Source: an uncultured Acidobacteriota bacterium
GTDB taxonomy: Bacteria; Acidobacteriota; Vicinamibacteria; Vicinamibacterales; JAKQTR01
Length of the DNA: 64,000 nucleotides
Direction of reading: 5' to 3'
Assembly (NCBI GenBank): GCA_963843385.1
Contig: CAWJJY010000007.1
Coordinates: 132,244-196,243 of the forward strand
Positions 1 to 11,113 of this stretch are shown piece after piece (the first letter of the stretch is position 1; the number at the start of each line of letters is the position of its first letter). Made by a program: the position numbers and the translations under genes. Under the pieces are notes generated by a model. It was given only the letters and a program-made list of their open reading frames with translations, had not been told where the DNA came from and did not search any database.

Positions 1-1
1 C

Positions 2-265
2 ACGATCGTCAACAGCGGCGGTACAGTGCAATTCGCATGGACCGCGCCCAGCTTCGCCGCGAGCAGCAATGGGCCGACAACCTACGTGCTCGAGGCGGGG
101 TCGGCTCCGGGGCTCTCGGATCTTGCCGTCAGGGATCTTGGGGGGCCAGCCACGACGGTCACCATTGGCGGCATCGTCTCAGGCATCTACTCCGTGCGTG
201 TAAGAGCGAGAAACGACTGCGGCACCAGCTCGGCGTCGAACGAATTCCTGCTAATCGTGCTGTAG
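2..265 (+). CDS. Fibronectin type III domain protein, C-terminal part (5' end outside window)
   Basis: Frame open from base 2. FN3 pattern 'FAWTAP...TYVLEAGSAPG...GIYSVRVRARNDCGTSSASNE'. Confidence 0.8.
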   Translation, partial: TIVNSGGTVQFAWTAPSFAASSNGPTTYVLEAGSAPGLSDLAVRDLGGPATTVTIGGIVSGIYSVRVRARNDCGTSSASNEFLLIVL

Positions 266-487
266 GACGCCGAAGGTCCCATGGAAGCCCCTCGGGGAAG
301 TTGACGTGCGGACACGACTGGGATCAACAGCTCCCCGGCCCGAAATGTTCGGACGAATATCCGCACCGTTGCACACGTTTGCGGCTAGTATCGCGCTACC
401 TCGTTGGCAGACACACTGGCAACCTCGGACCACGCCGTCCCGACGTGGTCCGGGCGGACGCTCATTCCTGAGCGGAAAGGTCACCAC

Positions 488-1579
488 ATGAAACGCCCCT
501 ATGTGCCGTCTTCCTTTCTCGTGCTTGGCGTCATGATCGTCGCGGCCACACTCTCGATCCAGCGGGCCCAGGCCCAGGGCCTGGCGGGGAGCCCGGAGCA
601 GAAGGCCAAACAACTCGCCATCGAAAAGGCCGTGCCGGAGTTGCAGATCGTCGAGGACGTCCTCCACCTCTCGATCCCTGGCCAGACGATGGGTCAAACC
701 GAAGGGGTGTCCAGGAACTCGAAAGGGCACCTGTTCGTGTACTCACGCACGGGCCCGAGCGGAATTTCGCGCGGGGGGACGGCTGCGATGCTGTTCGAGT
801 TCGACGAGAACAACAAGTACGTCAAGACATGGGGCCCCAACAACTACGCGGCGTCCTTTGCGCACTCGGTCCGCGTCGACAAGTACGACAACGTGTGGAT
901 GGTCGACGAGGGATCCGGGATGATCGTCAAGTTCGACCCGGGTGCCATGCCCCAGATGCAGTTCGGCCGGACGCTGGAAGCGATCGACTACCTGGAGCGA
1001 TTCCTCGAACGCGGTGAGAAGATTCCCGAAGCCGAGCGCCATCCCGTCGGAAGGGTGGGCATCTTCAACCGGCCGACCGATGTCACGTGGGATTCGAAGG
1101 ACAACATCTACGTGTCAGACGGCTACGGCAACTCCCGAGTGGTCAAGATCGCGAAGGGCGGCCATTGGGTGAAGTGGGTGGGGACCTACGGGTCCGGCCC
1201 GGACCAGTTCGTCATCCCGCACAGCATCGCCTCGGACAGACAGGACAACATCTACGTGGCCGACCGCAACAACTGGCGCATCCAGGTCTACGACAGCGAT
1301 CTGAACCTGAAGAAGACCCTCGCCGGCATGGCCTCGCCGTGGGGCATCTGCGTCACCCCCGGTTCTCCCCAGTATCTGTTCAGCGGTGACGGCACCACGG
1401 GCAAGATCTACAAGATGGACCTGGATGGCAAGGTGCTCGGGTGGGCGCAGACCAGCCTGGGCCAGGGTGAGGACGACGCCGGCCGCCTGATCCACATGAT
1501 CCACTGCGACTCCAACAACGTCATCTACAAAGGTTCCGCCATCCTGTGGCAAGTCGAGAAGATCACCATCAAGCAGTGA
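488..1579 (+). CDS. Secreted NHL-repeat protein, peptidyl-alpha-hydroxyglycine alpha-amidating lyase (PAL)-like
   Basis: ATG488 after GGAAAGG; signal peptide. Motifs FAHSVRVD, FNRPTDV, SDGYGNSRV, PHSIA, ADRNNWRIQ. Confidence 0.85.
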   Translation: MKRPYVPSSFLVLGVMIVAATLSIQRAQAQGLAGSPEQKAKQLAIEKAVPELQIVEDVLHLSIPGQTMGQTEGVSRNSKGHLFVYSRTGPSGISRGGTAAMLFEFDENNKYVKTWGPNNYAASFAHSVRVDKYDNVWMVDEGSGMIVKFDPGAMPQMQFGRTLEAIDYLERFLERGEKIPEAERHPVGRVGIFNRPTDVTWDSKDNIYVSDGYGNSRVVKIAKGGHWVKWVGTYGSGPDQFVIPHSIASDRQDNIYVADRNNWRIQVYDSDLNLKKTLAGMASPWGICVTPGSPQYLFSGDGTTGKIYKMDLDGKVLGWAQTSLGQGEDDAGRLIHMIHCDSNNVIYKGSAILWQVEKITIKQ

Positions 1580-1592
1580 AAAGGTGACACCC

Positions 1593-2468
1593 ATGAGACT
1601 CGCGCTGGTCGTTGTGCTCGCGTCGGTTCTCGTGCCGCAGGCCCCTCCGCCCCCTGCGACCGAGGTGTACCTGGCGCCGCTCTCCGGCAGCGGCAGCGTG
1701 TTGACGATCGGGACGCCGATCAACGTCAGCAACAGCCCGGAGTACGACAACCAACCCAGCTTCCTGCCGGACGGCTCCGCAATTCTGTTCACGTCGCGCC
1801 GCGACGGCAAGCAGAACGACATCTACCGGTACGACATCACCTCGAAGCTGGTCACGCAGCTGACGCGCTCGGCCGAAAACGAGTACTCCGCCCTCGTGAC
1901 GCCGGACGGCAGGTCGTTCACGACCGTGCGTGGCGACAAACAGGAGCTTTGGCGCTTCGACCTCGACGGGTCGAATCCCCGGTTGGCCTACGCGCACAAA
2001 GGGCTCATTGGTTACTACGTCTGGATAGATGCCAATCGGGCCGCGGTGTTCGTGCTAGGCGCGAGTGGCAGCCCGGCCACGCTGCAGCTAGTCGACACGA
2101 CGGCCAACGCGGCCGAGGTGATCGAGCCCAACATCGGCCGGTCCCTCCTGATTCGTCCCGGGCGCAAGACCGTCAGCTTCATCGGGCTGCCGCCCGGCGC
2201 CCCGCCAATCGTCAAGGAGCTCGATCCAATGACGAAGAAGACGGCGGTCATCACGGAGGCGGTGCCGGGAAGCGAGTACCTGACGTGGCTGCCGGACGGC
2301 CGCATCCTGATGGCGTCCGGCACGAAAATCTGGGTCTGGCGCGAGGGCGCTGCAGGCTGGACCGAGACAGGCGATGTGGCATCGGCCGGCCTGACGAAGG
2401 TCACGCGTCTCGCCGCGAGTCCGGACGGCAAGTGGCTGGCGCTTGTCGCGGAGACCCTATCGAAGTGA
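1593..2468 (+). CDS. Secreted TolB-like/PD40 beta-propeller protein
   Basis: Signal peptide; 'YDNQPSFLPDG', 'ASPDGKWLALV'; 13 bp after the NHL gene. Confidence 0.8.
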   Translation: MRLALVVVLASVLVPQAPPPPATEVYLAPLSGSGSVLTIGTPINVSNSPEYDNQPSFLPDGSAILFTSRRDGKQNDIYRYDITSKLVTQLTRSAENEYSALVTPDGRSFTTVRGDKQELWRFDLDGSNPRLAYAHKGLIGYYVWIDANRAAVFVLGASGSPATLQLVDTTANAAEVIEPNIGRSLLIRPGRKTVSFIGLPPGAPPIVKELDPMTKKTAVITEAVPGSEYLTWLPDGRILMASGTKIWVWREGAAGWTETGDVASAGLTKVTRLAASPDGKWLALVAETLSK

Positions 2469-2515
2469 GGCGACCGTCCGAACGTGCCAGCTCCGAGCGA
2501 ACCTGAGGGGTGCTG

Positions 2516-5249
2516 CTATCGTTTCTGGCGGACGGCTGCCCGCCAGTTCTGGACGACGGTGATCGAACCCGTGCCGGTGCGCTCAGGCGTCAACGCCAGG
2601 AAACGCTGCCGGTCTGGCATGGCATCGATCCAGACGATGTTGGCCGGGAACGTCGCGAGTTGCTTTGGCGTGCCGACGCTCATCGTCGATCCAGGCACCA
2701 CATCGACGCGCCACAAACTCCGCAGATCATCGCCCACAAACAACAGTTGCCGTCCATCGCGGGTCCACCACGCGCCGATGGCGCCACCTTGCGACACCTG
2801 CACCTTGCGGCCCGGCACGGGAAACGACTGCACGTAGAGTTCGACCCGGCCGGTATCGTCTGACGTATAGGCCATCCAGTGTCCGTCGGGTGACGGCGGC
2901 CCGCCCTGATCACTCCTGGGTCCGAGGACGAAGGGCTTCAGCTCGCGGCCGTCCGGTACCGGCAGCAGCCAGATATTCTGAGCGGTGACCGGGTCAAGCT
3001 CCGTCATGACGATCCATCGTCCATCGGGCGACCACGCCCCCGGCCCTTTGAACGGCACGTCCGATCGAAACAGCGGCTGCTCGGGCGAGGCATCGGCCAT
3101 GGTCTTCACGAAGATGTCCTGCGCGCCGTCCCGATCGGCTGCAAAGACGATGCGGTTGCCGTCGGGCGACCAGACCGGGCTGTCATTTCGGCCTCTTCCC
3201 GCCGTCAGCGGCGACGCGCTGGCGCGAGCGAGGTCCACGAGCCACAGCGCGGACTCGGAGGGGGAGGTGGACCGCACGAGAACGGCGTGTGTGCCGTCGG
3301 GCGAGATCGTTGCGGTCTCGTAGTGGCCCGCCGGGATGTTCAGCGTGCCCGTCTTCCGGCCGCTTGCGTCGTACCACTCGGCAGTGGTGTTCGGCGACGG
3401 CGCCGAGAAATAGGCCAGGGCTCCCGACCGCGAAATCGAGGTCGACCGCCCTGCCGTCCACGAGGTCGCCGGATCGAGAATGCTGGACGGCTCATCGTCG
3501 AGCGACACCGGATCGCCCGTCAGCTTGAGGCGTTTGGCGTCGAACCCCTGGGCCGTCAGGACGCCTTGCCGCGCGAAGAGCAGCCAGCCCGGATCGGCGT
3601 ACACGGGTGCGGCGTCCATCGATCCGACAAACGTCCGCGAGTCGTCAAGGAGAGAGCCCGCGAAGACGTCGAACTGGCCGTTCTTCCCGGGCAGCGAGAC
3701 ATAGAGGAAATGCTGGCCGTCCGGAAGCAGCGCGGGGAAGCGGTGGCCGTATTCCTTTCGGACCGAATCGAGCTTCGTGACCGGCGTCGGCGTGCCACCG
3801 TTCGCCGAGATGCGGCAGATCGGGCCGCCGGCGTCCGGCGCGAAGAGAATCACGTTGGACGGCGTCCACACGGCACCCCTGCCATTCGGTGTGTCGGACA
3901 GGACTTCCGCGCGACCGCCAGAAACCGCGATGGTCTTCAACTTGCCGTTCGTAGTGAAGAACCCGATACGGCCTCCGTCGGGCGACCAGAACGGGCAGCG
4001 TGGCGCCGTCGCCGCCTTCGAGCCGCCGAGCCACCAGCGAGTCGAGTGAACGAACCCACAACTGGGATTCCGATCGCACGACGCTGCCGACGAGGAACGC
4101 GACCATCGTGCCGTCTGGAGAGATGGCGACGCCGGTGGAGTCGGGATAGAGGGATTCGCCAGAGGGCGCCAGAATCGACAGTCGAGTCATGCTGGCGGGA
4201 TCGGAGCCCGGTGACGCGATCCACAGAACCGCTGCGATGACGGCGGTGATCGCGACGCCGGCGATCGCAGGCCAGAGGCGTGAGAACCGCGACCGACGAG
4301 AGGAGGGAGGCGCCGGGACGGCGGGTCCGGCTTCGGCCAACTGGTCGTTCTCGTCCAGGTCGAGTCGCGCGTCACCGATCGCGCTCAGCCGCTTGCGGGG
4401 ATCCTTCTCGAGGCACCGGCGCAGCAGCCGCTGGACCGATGGCGGGGTGCCGGCCGGCACCGCCGCCCACGCGGGGTCGCTCTTCAGCACCGACGCCAGC
4501 ACATCCGACACGTCGTCGCCGGGAAACGCGCGGCGGCCGGTCAACATCTCAAACAGCACGACCCCGAACGCCCAGATGTCGGCCCGGCGGTCGACGGCCT
4601 TGGCGCGCGCCTGCTCGGGCGCCATGTAGGCGGCCGTGCCGAGGATCATGCCCAGCTGCGTGCCGACCTCGCCGCCCGGGCGGAGGCGAGTCGCGAAGTC
4701 GGTGAGCGTTGGCGAGTTCATCGCGCTTGTGCCGGCACCCGACGAGGGGTCGAGCGCCTTGGCGAGGCCGAAGTCGAGCACCTTGACCGTGCCGTCGGGC
4801 CGGACCTTGATGTTGGCGGGCTTCAGATCCCGATGGATGATTCCCTGCTCGTGCGCGGCCTCGAGCGCATCGGCAATCTGCTTCGCGACGGGCAGGGCGT
4901 CGGCGAGCGGCATCGGCCCGCGGCCGATGAGGGCGGCGAGATCCTCGCCCTCGACCAGCTCCATCACGAGGCCGTGGACGTGCGCGCCGCCGGGCTGCGC
5001 GTCCGCGGTCGTGGGCCCTTCGATGATGCCGTAGATTTGCGCGATGTTCGGATGATTGAGCGCGGCGAGCGTCTGTGCCTCGCGCGTGAATCGCTCCACG
5101 CGATCCGAATCGTGCGCAAACAGGTCAGGGAGGATCTTGATCGCGACGTCGCGATTCAGCTTCACATCGCGCGCGCGATAGACTTCACCCATTCCGCCTT
5201 CGCCCAGCTTGTCGATGACCCGATAGGAGCCGAGAGTCTGGCCGATCAC
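2516..5249 (-). CDS. Hanks-type Ser/Thr protein kinase with TM helix and TolB/PD40 propeller (frameshift near 3994)
   Basis: GEGGMGEVY, VAIK, HRDLKPAN, DFG and APE motifs. Removing one G of GGG at 3993-3995 restores 'ATLPFWSPDGGRIGFF' and joins ORFs 3645-5249 and 2516-3940. Confidence 0.9.
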
Positions 5250-5584
5250 ATCCCAGTCCTGTGCTGGCGTTCGGCGAAAGGTCGCCGGGATTGGTGCGCC
5301 AAAAGCGGAGGGCCTGCGGCGTCAGTGCCTCCTGCGCCAGGCAGAGACACGACTCGTTGGGCGCCGAGATGGCTGCCAAGCGCGTTCAGCACACACAAGT
5401 CCCAATAATAATCATAGCATCAGTTTGGTCGGAGTAAGAACGGACCGCCGAGTACCGCGGGCGGTCCCACTGCCAGGCCTGACCCCACCGGTTCGACCAG
5501 GGGCCAGATTCCTGTGCAGGTGTTGTTGCAGGGCGGGCGGCGGCGCGCGAATATCGGTCGCGTCGCACCAAGGAGAACTTGCAG

Positions 5585-6511
5585 ATGCCTACAGATGATC
5601 AGATCGTCGCCGCGGAACGGCAAGCCCTGATGGGCCTGCTCGCCATTGTGCCGCTTCGCTCGGTCGATGAGAACGTGCTCATCGCGTCGTGGAACATCGC
5701 CCAGTTCTCCGACAGGAAGAAGACGCGCGCGCTGCAGTACATCGCCGACATCTGCGAACGCTTCGATATCGTCGCAATCCAGGAGGTGAAGACCAATCTC
5801 CAGGGACTGTCGAAGCTGCAGAAGATGCTGCCCGGGCACTATCAGATCCTGGTGTCGGACCCGACCGGCAACAACGAACGGATGGCCTTCCTGTACGACA
5901 CCCGGACGGTGGTCAGCACGGGCCTGGTCTGTGAGATCGCCTTCAACGGGACGATCGCCAGCCCGAACGTGTTCCAGTTCCAGCGTTCGCCCTACTGCGC
6001 GTCGTTTCGCGCCGGGCGCTTCGACTTCACGCTGGTCTCCGTCCACATCGCCGAGGGGTCCAAGTACGGAACGGTCGGCACCAACCTGAGGGAGCTGGAA
6101 ATCCAGGAACTGGTGAGATTCATCAAGCACGAGGCCGGGCGGCCGAAGGGGTCGGTGTTCGACCCGGACTTCTTCCTGGTCGGCGATTTCAACATCCAGA
6201 CCGACGGCGACCGGTTCTTCAAGGCGCTCAGAGGCGGGGACACGCCGCGGTTCGAGATGCCGAAAGCCATGGACAAGCTGGGAACCAACTTCGACCAGAC
6301 CAGGACATTCGACAAGATCGCCTGGATCCCGAGTGAAGACTTCGAGTTCACCGGGAGGTTCGGGGCCGTCCCGTTCGGCGATGTCCTCTACAAGGAGGCA
6401 GGCCAGCCAGCCGACGCAGCCCGGCGGGAGGTGAGCGATCACCTGCCGATCTGGGCTGAGTTCCGCGTCAAGGAACTGGAACACGAGCTGGACCAGATCA
6501 TCAACCAGTAG
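5585..6511 (+). CDS. Endonuclease/exonuclease/phosphatase (DNase I-like) family protein
   Basis: IASWNI, DIVAIQEV, VGDFN, FDKI, VSDHLPIW motifs; AGGAG upstream. Confidence 0.88.
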   Translation: MPTDDQIVAAERQALMGLLAIVPLRSVDENVLIASWNIAQFSDRKKTRALQYIADICERFDIVAIQEVKTNLQGLSKLQKMLPGHYQILVSDPTGNNERMAFLYDTRTVVSTGLVCEIAFNGTIASPNVFQFQRSPYCASFRAGRFDFTLVSVHIAEGSKYGTVGTNLRELEIQELVRFIKHEAGRPKGSVFDPDFFLVGDFNIQTDGDRFFKALRGGDTPRFEMPKAMDKLGTNFDQTRTFDKIAWIPSEDFEFTGRFGAVPFGDVLYKEAGQPADAARREVSDHLPIWAEFRVKELEHELDQIINQ

Positions 6512-6650
6512 TTCTCACCCTCGCCTCTGCAGTAAGCTGACCGGTCGAGAGGACCGCTGGCGGCAGCCGCATGCCCTCCCAGTCGATCGCCATCTACCGG
6601 ACGGGCAGGTAAGATAGGTTGCCGGACGCCAAGTTCCCCGGGAGCACGCG

Positions 6651-7421
6651 ATGAGGCAGAACTTTCATATCGGCATCATGGGCAACCTGTTCTCAGGCAA
6701 GACCACCCTGATGCAGGCGCTTGCGCGCGATCCGTACAAGCGGGACCTCGAGGGAATACTGGATGGCGCTGAGCTGTATACGTTTTCGGAGCGCGTGGAC
6801 AAAGGATCGCTCATCGACGAGTGCCTGGCGCTCTTCTATCACGATCGCGTGGCGAACATCTTTGCCACGGAGCTGGCGTTCCTCAACATGCGCACCGCGC
6901 AACAGCGCGAGATCCGCCACCTCATGACGCGGGAGAGCACGCGCGGCGCGATCATCATCGAAGACCGTCCCTTCATCGACGGCCCCGAGGTGTTCGTCGC
7001 GCGCATGATCGACTCGGGCGAGATGCCGCCGGCGCACGCCAAGCTGTACCGCACGCTGTTCCACGAGACGCTGCGCAATGAGCACATCCGCCTGCCCGAC
7101 CTGACGGTGTACCTGCGGACCGAGCCCGAACTGCTCGAGCGACGGCGCGCGAAAAGGGCAGCCGAGGGCGACGCCTACGCCGGGACGATCAAGGAAGACT
7201 ACCTGCGGGAAATCCACAACAGCTACGAACGGATTGCCGCCAACTGGAAGCGCACGCTGCTCGGTTATCAGGAACACGCCATCGTCCCGCCCGACGCGGA
7301 CCTGCTCACGCTTCCAGCCGAGATCGACATGGGCCAGCACCCGGACTACGTCCACGTGGCGGCCGGGACCATCCGCGAAAAGGTCCGCCGCATGATCGTG
7401 TCCCGCCGGCAGAACCAGTAA
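6651..7421 (+). CDS. Deoxynucleoside kinase family protein
   Basis: P-loop GNLFSGKTT, 'IIEDR', 'PDLTVYLR', Arg-rich lid, 'YLREIHNSY'. Confidence 0.8.
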   Translation: MRQNFHIGIMGNLFSGKTTLMQALARDPYKRDLEGILDGAELYTFSERVDKGSLIDECLALFYHDRVANIFATELAFLNMRTAQQREIRHLMTRESTRGAIIIEDRPFIDGPEVFVARMIDSGEMPPAHAKLYRTLFHETLRNEHIRLPDLTVYLRTEPELLERRRAKRAAEGDAYAGTIKEDYLREIHNSYERIAANWKRTLLGYQEHAIVPPDADLLTLPAEIDMGQHPDYVHVAAGTIREKVRRMIVSRRQNQ

Positions 7422-7609
7422 GGCCTCGACCGCTCGGGCACCTCGGCCCGGCTCGGCAAGGCGGAGCCGCAGCCGGCGTCTGCCCTGAACTCGAACTTCC
7501 GGCCGCCCGGGCCCGCGGTTACAATGCACCCTTCAGCCCAAGAAGACGGTGGCAGCCCGGCCGGGCACCCGCGTCCGCGTCCGGCCACGATCAGCGAGGA
7601 GACGGAAAG

Positions 7610-8635
7610 ATGTTTCGAAGCATTGCGTTCTCGTGTTGCGTGCTGTTGTGCGCGGCCGGTGCAGCGTTCGGCCAGGCGACGCCTCTGCCCAAGTTCGTCC
7701 CGCCGGCGATGCCGATCACCGAGCCGTGGGAGGCCTTCATATTCTCGGAGCCCGTCCAGGGGTCCGACATCGCGGTGGACATCACGCTGCTCTCCACGGT
7801 CGATGGCCTGTTCACCCCGATCGGCATGCGCCACCCGAAGGGCAAGGGCCCGTTCCCGGTGGTGCTGTTCTTCACGGGCAACGGGGGCGCGGGGGTGAAG
7901 GCGGTTCGCGAGTACGTCAACCAGCACGGCTACACGCTCGAGCGGTTCCTGCAGCAGGGCTACGCGGTGGGCTGGCTGAACTACCGGGCCGAGACGTGGT
8001 TCGAGTACACGCGGGTGCCGCCCCTTCTCGTGTCGCACCATCAGGCCAACCAGCTGATGAACCGCCCGCCGCTCGAGTACAACGACCTGATGACGATTGT
8101 CGACTATGTCAAGCGGCTGCCCTACGTGGACGCGAACCGCGTGGGACTGGTCGGCAACAGCCACGCCGGCGGCATGATTCTGAAGGCCGGGGCCGAAGGG
8201 CTGAAGGTCGCGGCGGCCATCTGCTCGGAACCCGACACGAGCGAGTTCCTCCAGATCGACCCGAACGGGTTCGCCGGCGACGAGAACCAGCTTCCCACCG
8301 AGGAATCGGTTGCACCGTTCCTGAAGAACAAGGATGTCGCCCTGGCGCGCATCAACCGGGTCAGCTTTCCGATCTTCTTCGTCAACCGGGACCATGACTC
8401 GCTGCAGGGACTCTTCGAGACGACCTACAAGTGGATGAAGGAAGCCGGCAAGACGGTCGAGCACGTGTCTTACGATCATCCCGTGCACGGTTACATCGTC
8501 CGGATCCCGCGCGACGAGAAGGGTGTCTACAAGCCTGACGAGATTCAGCTGAAGGTGATCCAGCAGGCGTTCGACTTCTTCAAGAAATACATGCCGCCCT
8601 CCGCGGCGCCCGCCACCGCCACCAAGGCGCCGTAG
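7610..8635 (+). CDS. Secreted alpha/beta hydrolase (dienelactone hydrolase/S9-like)
   Basis: Signal peptide; 'GPFPVVLF', 'YVDANRVGLVGNSHAGG' nucleophile elbow; C-terminal 'VHGY'. Confidence 0.8.
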   Translation: MFRSIAFSCCVLLCAAGAAFGQATPLPKFVPPAMPITEPWEAFIFSEPVQGSDIAVDITLLSTVDGLFTPIGMRHPKGKGPFPVVLFFTGNGGAGVKAVREYVNQHGYTLERFLQQGYAVGWLNYRAETWFEYTRVPPLLVSHHQANQLMNRPPLEYNDLMTIVDYVKRLPYVDANRVGLVGNSHAGGMILKAGAEGLKVAAAICSEPDTSEFLQIDPNGFAGDENQLPTEESVAPFLKNKDVALARINRVSFPIFFVNRDHDSLQGLFETTYKWMKEAGKTVEHVSYDHPVHGYIVRIPRDEKGVYKPDEIQLKVIQQAFDFFKKYMPPSAAPATATKAP

Positions 8636-8648
8636 TCAGAGCGTCGTC

Positions 8649-8676
8649 GGCTTCGGGCTACGGGCTACCGGCTACC
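8649..8676. repeat. Heptamer tandem repeat (GGCTAC[C/G]-like x4)
   Basis: ggcttcg ggctacg ggctacc ggctacc directly after the hydrolase stop codon. Confidence 0.6.
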
Positions 8677-9099
8677 GGCCTGTCCCCTTGGATCAGACCA
8701 CGTGCTGCCGGTGTCGGACCTCAACCCGCGACGGGACGAGATGGGCCCGCGTGGAACGCAGAGAAGGCGTGGGTGGTCCGAAGCCACTAGCCGACTCCTG
8801 CAGCCCATGGCCGATTGCACACTGTTTTCACGAGTGTGCAATCGGCGAGGCAGGGGCCCGCCCGACCGGGCTATACTCCGGCCGGTTCGCGATCCCATGT
8901 GCCCCTCCTCTCCGCTGATCGCGGCGTTCAATCCCGGCCTTTCAGTCATCACAGGACTCCCGCCTTCATGCCGCCGCAATTGACGGGCGTGGAACGCGTC
9001 GTGATCCGTTCACACCCCGAGGAGGTGCAACAAGTCTCGCCTGAACCGCCACTCACCGGTCGGATTCGTTGACCCTCGTGCACGGAAGGAGTTGATCCC

Positions 9100-9909
9100 A
9101 TGGCGAAGAGGTCCCCGAATGTGAAGGCCACGCGACGCATCTGCAACCTCGTTCCGTCCCGGGCGACGGAAAACGACTGGAAGTTCGAGCACGCCGTCCA
9201 GTCGGGCGCGCTCAAGGCCGTATCGGCGCTGCCCACCGACAAGGACCTGCGGCAGGCGTGGTGGACGATCGGCGATCAGGGCGAGACCGGGTCGTGCGTG
9301 GGCTGGGCGTCTACCGACGGGGTCATGCGCTACCACCTCGTCACGGCCGGCCGCCTCCCCAAAGACGGGATGGTGTCGCCGCGTTTCACCTGGATGGCGT
9401 CGAAGGAGACCGACGAATTCGTCAGCCGGCCGGAAACTTTCATCGAGGAAGCCGGCACCAGCCTGAAGGCGGCTATGGACATCTGCCGCAAGTACGGAGC
9501 GGTCCTCGAAGCGGTGCTGCCGTTCCACGTGAACACGCTGATGTACCCGGGCGACGAGAACACGTTCTTCGCAACCGCCGCGCAGCGCAAGGCCGCAGCC
9601 TATTTCAACCTGGCCAGGAACCTGAACCAGTGGCGGACGTGGCTCGCCGCGGGTGGGCCCATCATGGCCGGCGTGCAAGTGGATGCCACCTGGGACGCCG
9701 CGACGGCGACACACGGCATCCTCGATGCCTTCCAGCCGAACACGGTCCGGGGCGGACACGCCGTCTGCATCGTCGGCTATCGGAAAGACGGCCGTTTCAT
9801 CATTCGAAACAGCTGGGGAACGTCGTGGGGCGATCAGGGGTTCGCATACGCGAGTGAGGCCTACATCAACGGCGCGTTCTTCCCCGAGAGCTACGGAATC
9901 AAGTTGTGA
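9100..9909 (+). CDS. Papain-like C1A cysteine peptidase
   Basis: DQGETGSCVGW (Gln/Cys), GGHAVCIVGY (His), IRNSWGTSWGDQG (Asn); AAGGAG RBS. Confidence 0.92.
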   Translation: MAKRSPNVKATRRICNLVPSRATENDWKFEHAVQSGALKAVSALPTDKDLRQAWWTIGDQGETGSCVGWASTDGVMRYHLVTAGRLPKDGMVSPRFTWMASKETDEFVSRPETFIEEAGTSLKAAMDICRKYGAVLEAVLPFHVNTLMYPGDENTFFATAAQRKAAAYFNLARNLNQWRTWLAAGGPIMAGVQVDATWDAATATHGILDAFQPNTVRGGHAVCIVGYRKDGRFIIRNSWGTSWGDQGFAYASEAYINGAFFPESYGIKL

Positions 9910-9931
9910 GGGGCGCCGCCGGCGTGAAATC

Positions 9932-10258
9932 ATGCCTGGCGACACCATGACGCTGACCGCAGCCGACAACGGCAGGACCGTCGACGTCCCCATCGGGGAG
10001 GCGATCGTGCTTCGCCTTCACGAGAACGCGACCACAGGATATCGCTGGGCGTTCGACGGCCTGGATCGAACGCTGGTCGACGCTCAGGAGGGCGCCTTCC
10101 TGCGCAGCTCCGACGCCCTGGGGAGCGGGGGGATGGCGCAGTGGACGCTCGTGCCCGCGAAAGCCTGCAGCGTCGAGGTCCGGCTGAAGCTCTTGCGGCA
10201 CTGGGAGGGAGACCGGTCCATCCGGGAACGCTTCGCGGTCACGCTGAGAATCGGGTGA
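9932..10258 (+). CDS. Chagasin-family (I42) cysteine protease inhibitor
   Basis: 'LHENATTGYRW', 'GSGG' and 'RHWE' match the three chagasin inhibitory loops; 22 bp after the peptidase. Confidence 0.88.
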   Translation: MPGDTMTLTAADNGRTVDVPIGEAIVLRLHENATTGYRWAFDGLDRTLVDAQEGAFLRSSDALGSGGMAQWTLVPAKACSVEVRLKLLRHWEGDRSIRERFAVTLRIG

Positions 10259-10297
10259 GGGGGGCACGCGGGAGCGCGTGCCCCACTGCTGCCTCCA

Positions 10298-11113
10298 CTA
10301 CCGCTTCTCGATCGACGCCGGCCCGTTGGTGGTCATCGCGCGCACAATTGCGCCGCCCGACCCGATGATGGCCTTGATCGAGCGGACCCGCCCGACCGGG
10401 ATGTCCCCCTGGAGCGTGATCGGGATGCCCAGCCGGAACGGCCCGTTCATGGTGCCCGCCTCGAGTTGCGCCGAGTAGCCGTCGGGCACTGAAATCGATA
10501 CCGGGCCGTTCGCCGTCTCGGCATCGAGCCCCCGGCCGTTCCAGAAGCTGCCGGTCAAGGAAACCTTCAGCGGGCCGTTGGTCGTGCGTGCGCGAACATC
10601 GCCCCCGAGGTCGTTCAGGGACATCGGTCCGTTTACCGTGGTCGCCCTGGTCTGGCCACTGACGCCCGTAATCGTGATCGGGCCGTTGACCGTCTCGATC
10701 TCCAGGTCCGTCTGACGAGGTGCCGACAGCACGAAGCCGACCGACCACGATCGGCCTTCGCTCGTGACCGGACCGTTGGACCGAAGAGTGCCGCCGCTGG
10801 TGTCGATGACGATACTGCCGGCTATTCCGAGGGCTTCGGCTTCGCTCCCCGCCTGGACCTGGATTCGGGCGCTTCCCTCAACAGCCCCCTGATCCCAGCC
10901 CGTCACCTGCACGCCGCCGTTGGGCCGGGCATCGACGTGAAGCGGGGCGCCTCCTGCCATCTTTACCGGCCGTACCTCACAGTGCCGGACCTGCCCCTCG
11001 CTCCGATCCTTGCACTGCGCGAGCCAGTCCGCGTCGGATTGCTGGGCAATGGCGGACCCCGCCAACCCCAGGCTTGCGACGATCGTTGTTGCCACCATCC
11101 ATCGAGTACGCAT
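10298..11113 (-). CDS. Secreted DUF4097-like beta-strand repeat protein
   Basis: Signal peptide; repeated T-x-N-G-P-[IMLV] units; AAGGAG RBS. Confidence 0.8.
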   Translation of the reverse strand: MRTRWMVATTIVASLGLAGSAIAQQSDADWLAQCKDRSEGQVRHCEVRPVKMAGGAPLHVDARPNGGVQVTGWDQGAVEGSARIQVQAGSEAEALGIAGSIVIDTSGGTLRSNGPVTSEGRSWSVGFVLSAPRQTDLEIETVNGPITITGVSGQTRATTVNGPMSLNDLGGDVRARTTNGPLKVSLTGSFWNGRGLDAETANGPVSISVPDGYSAQLEAGTMNGPFRLGIPITLQGDIPVGRVRSIKAIIGSGGAIVRAMTTNGPASIEKR

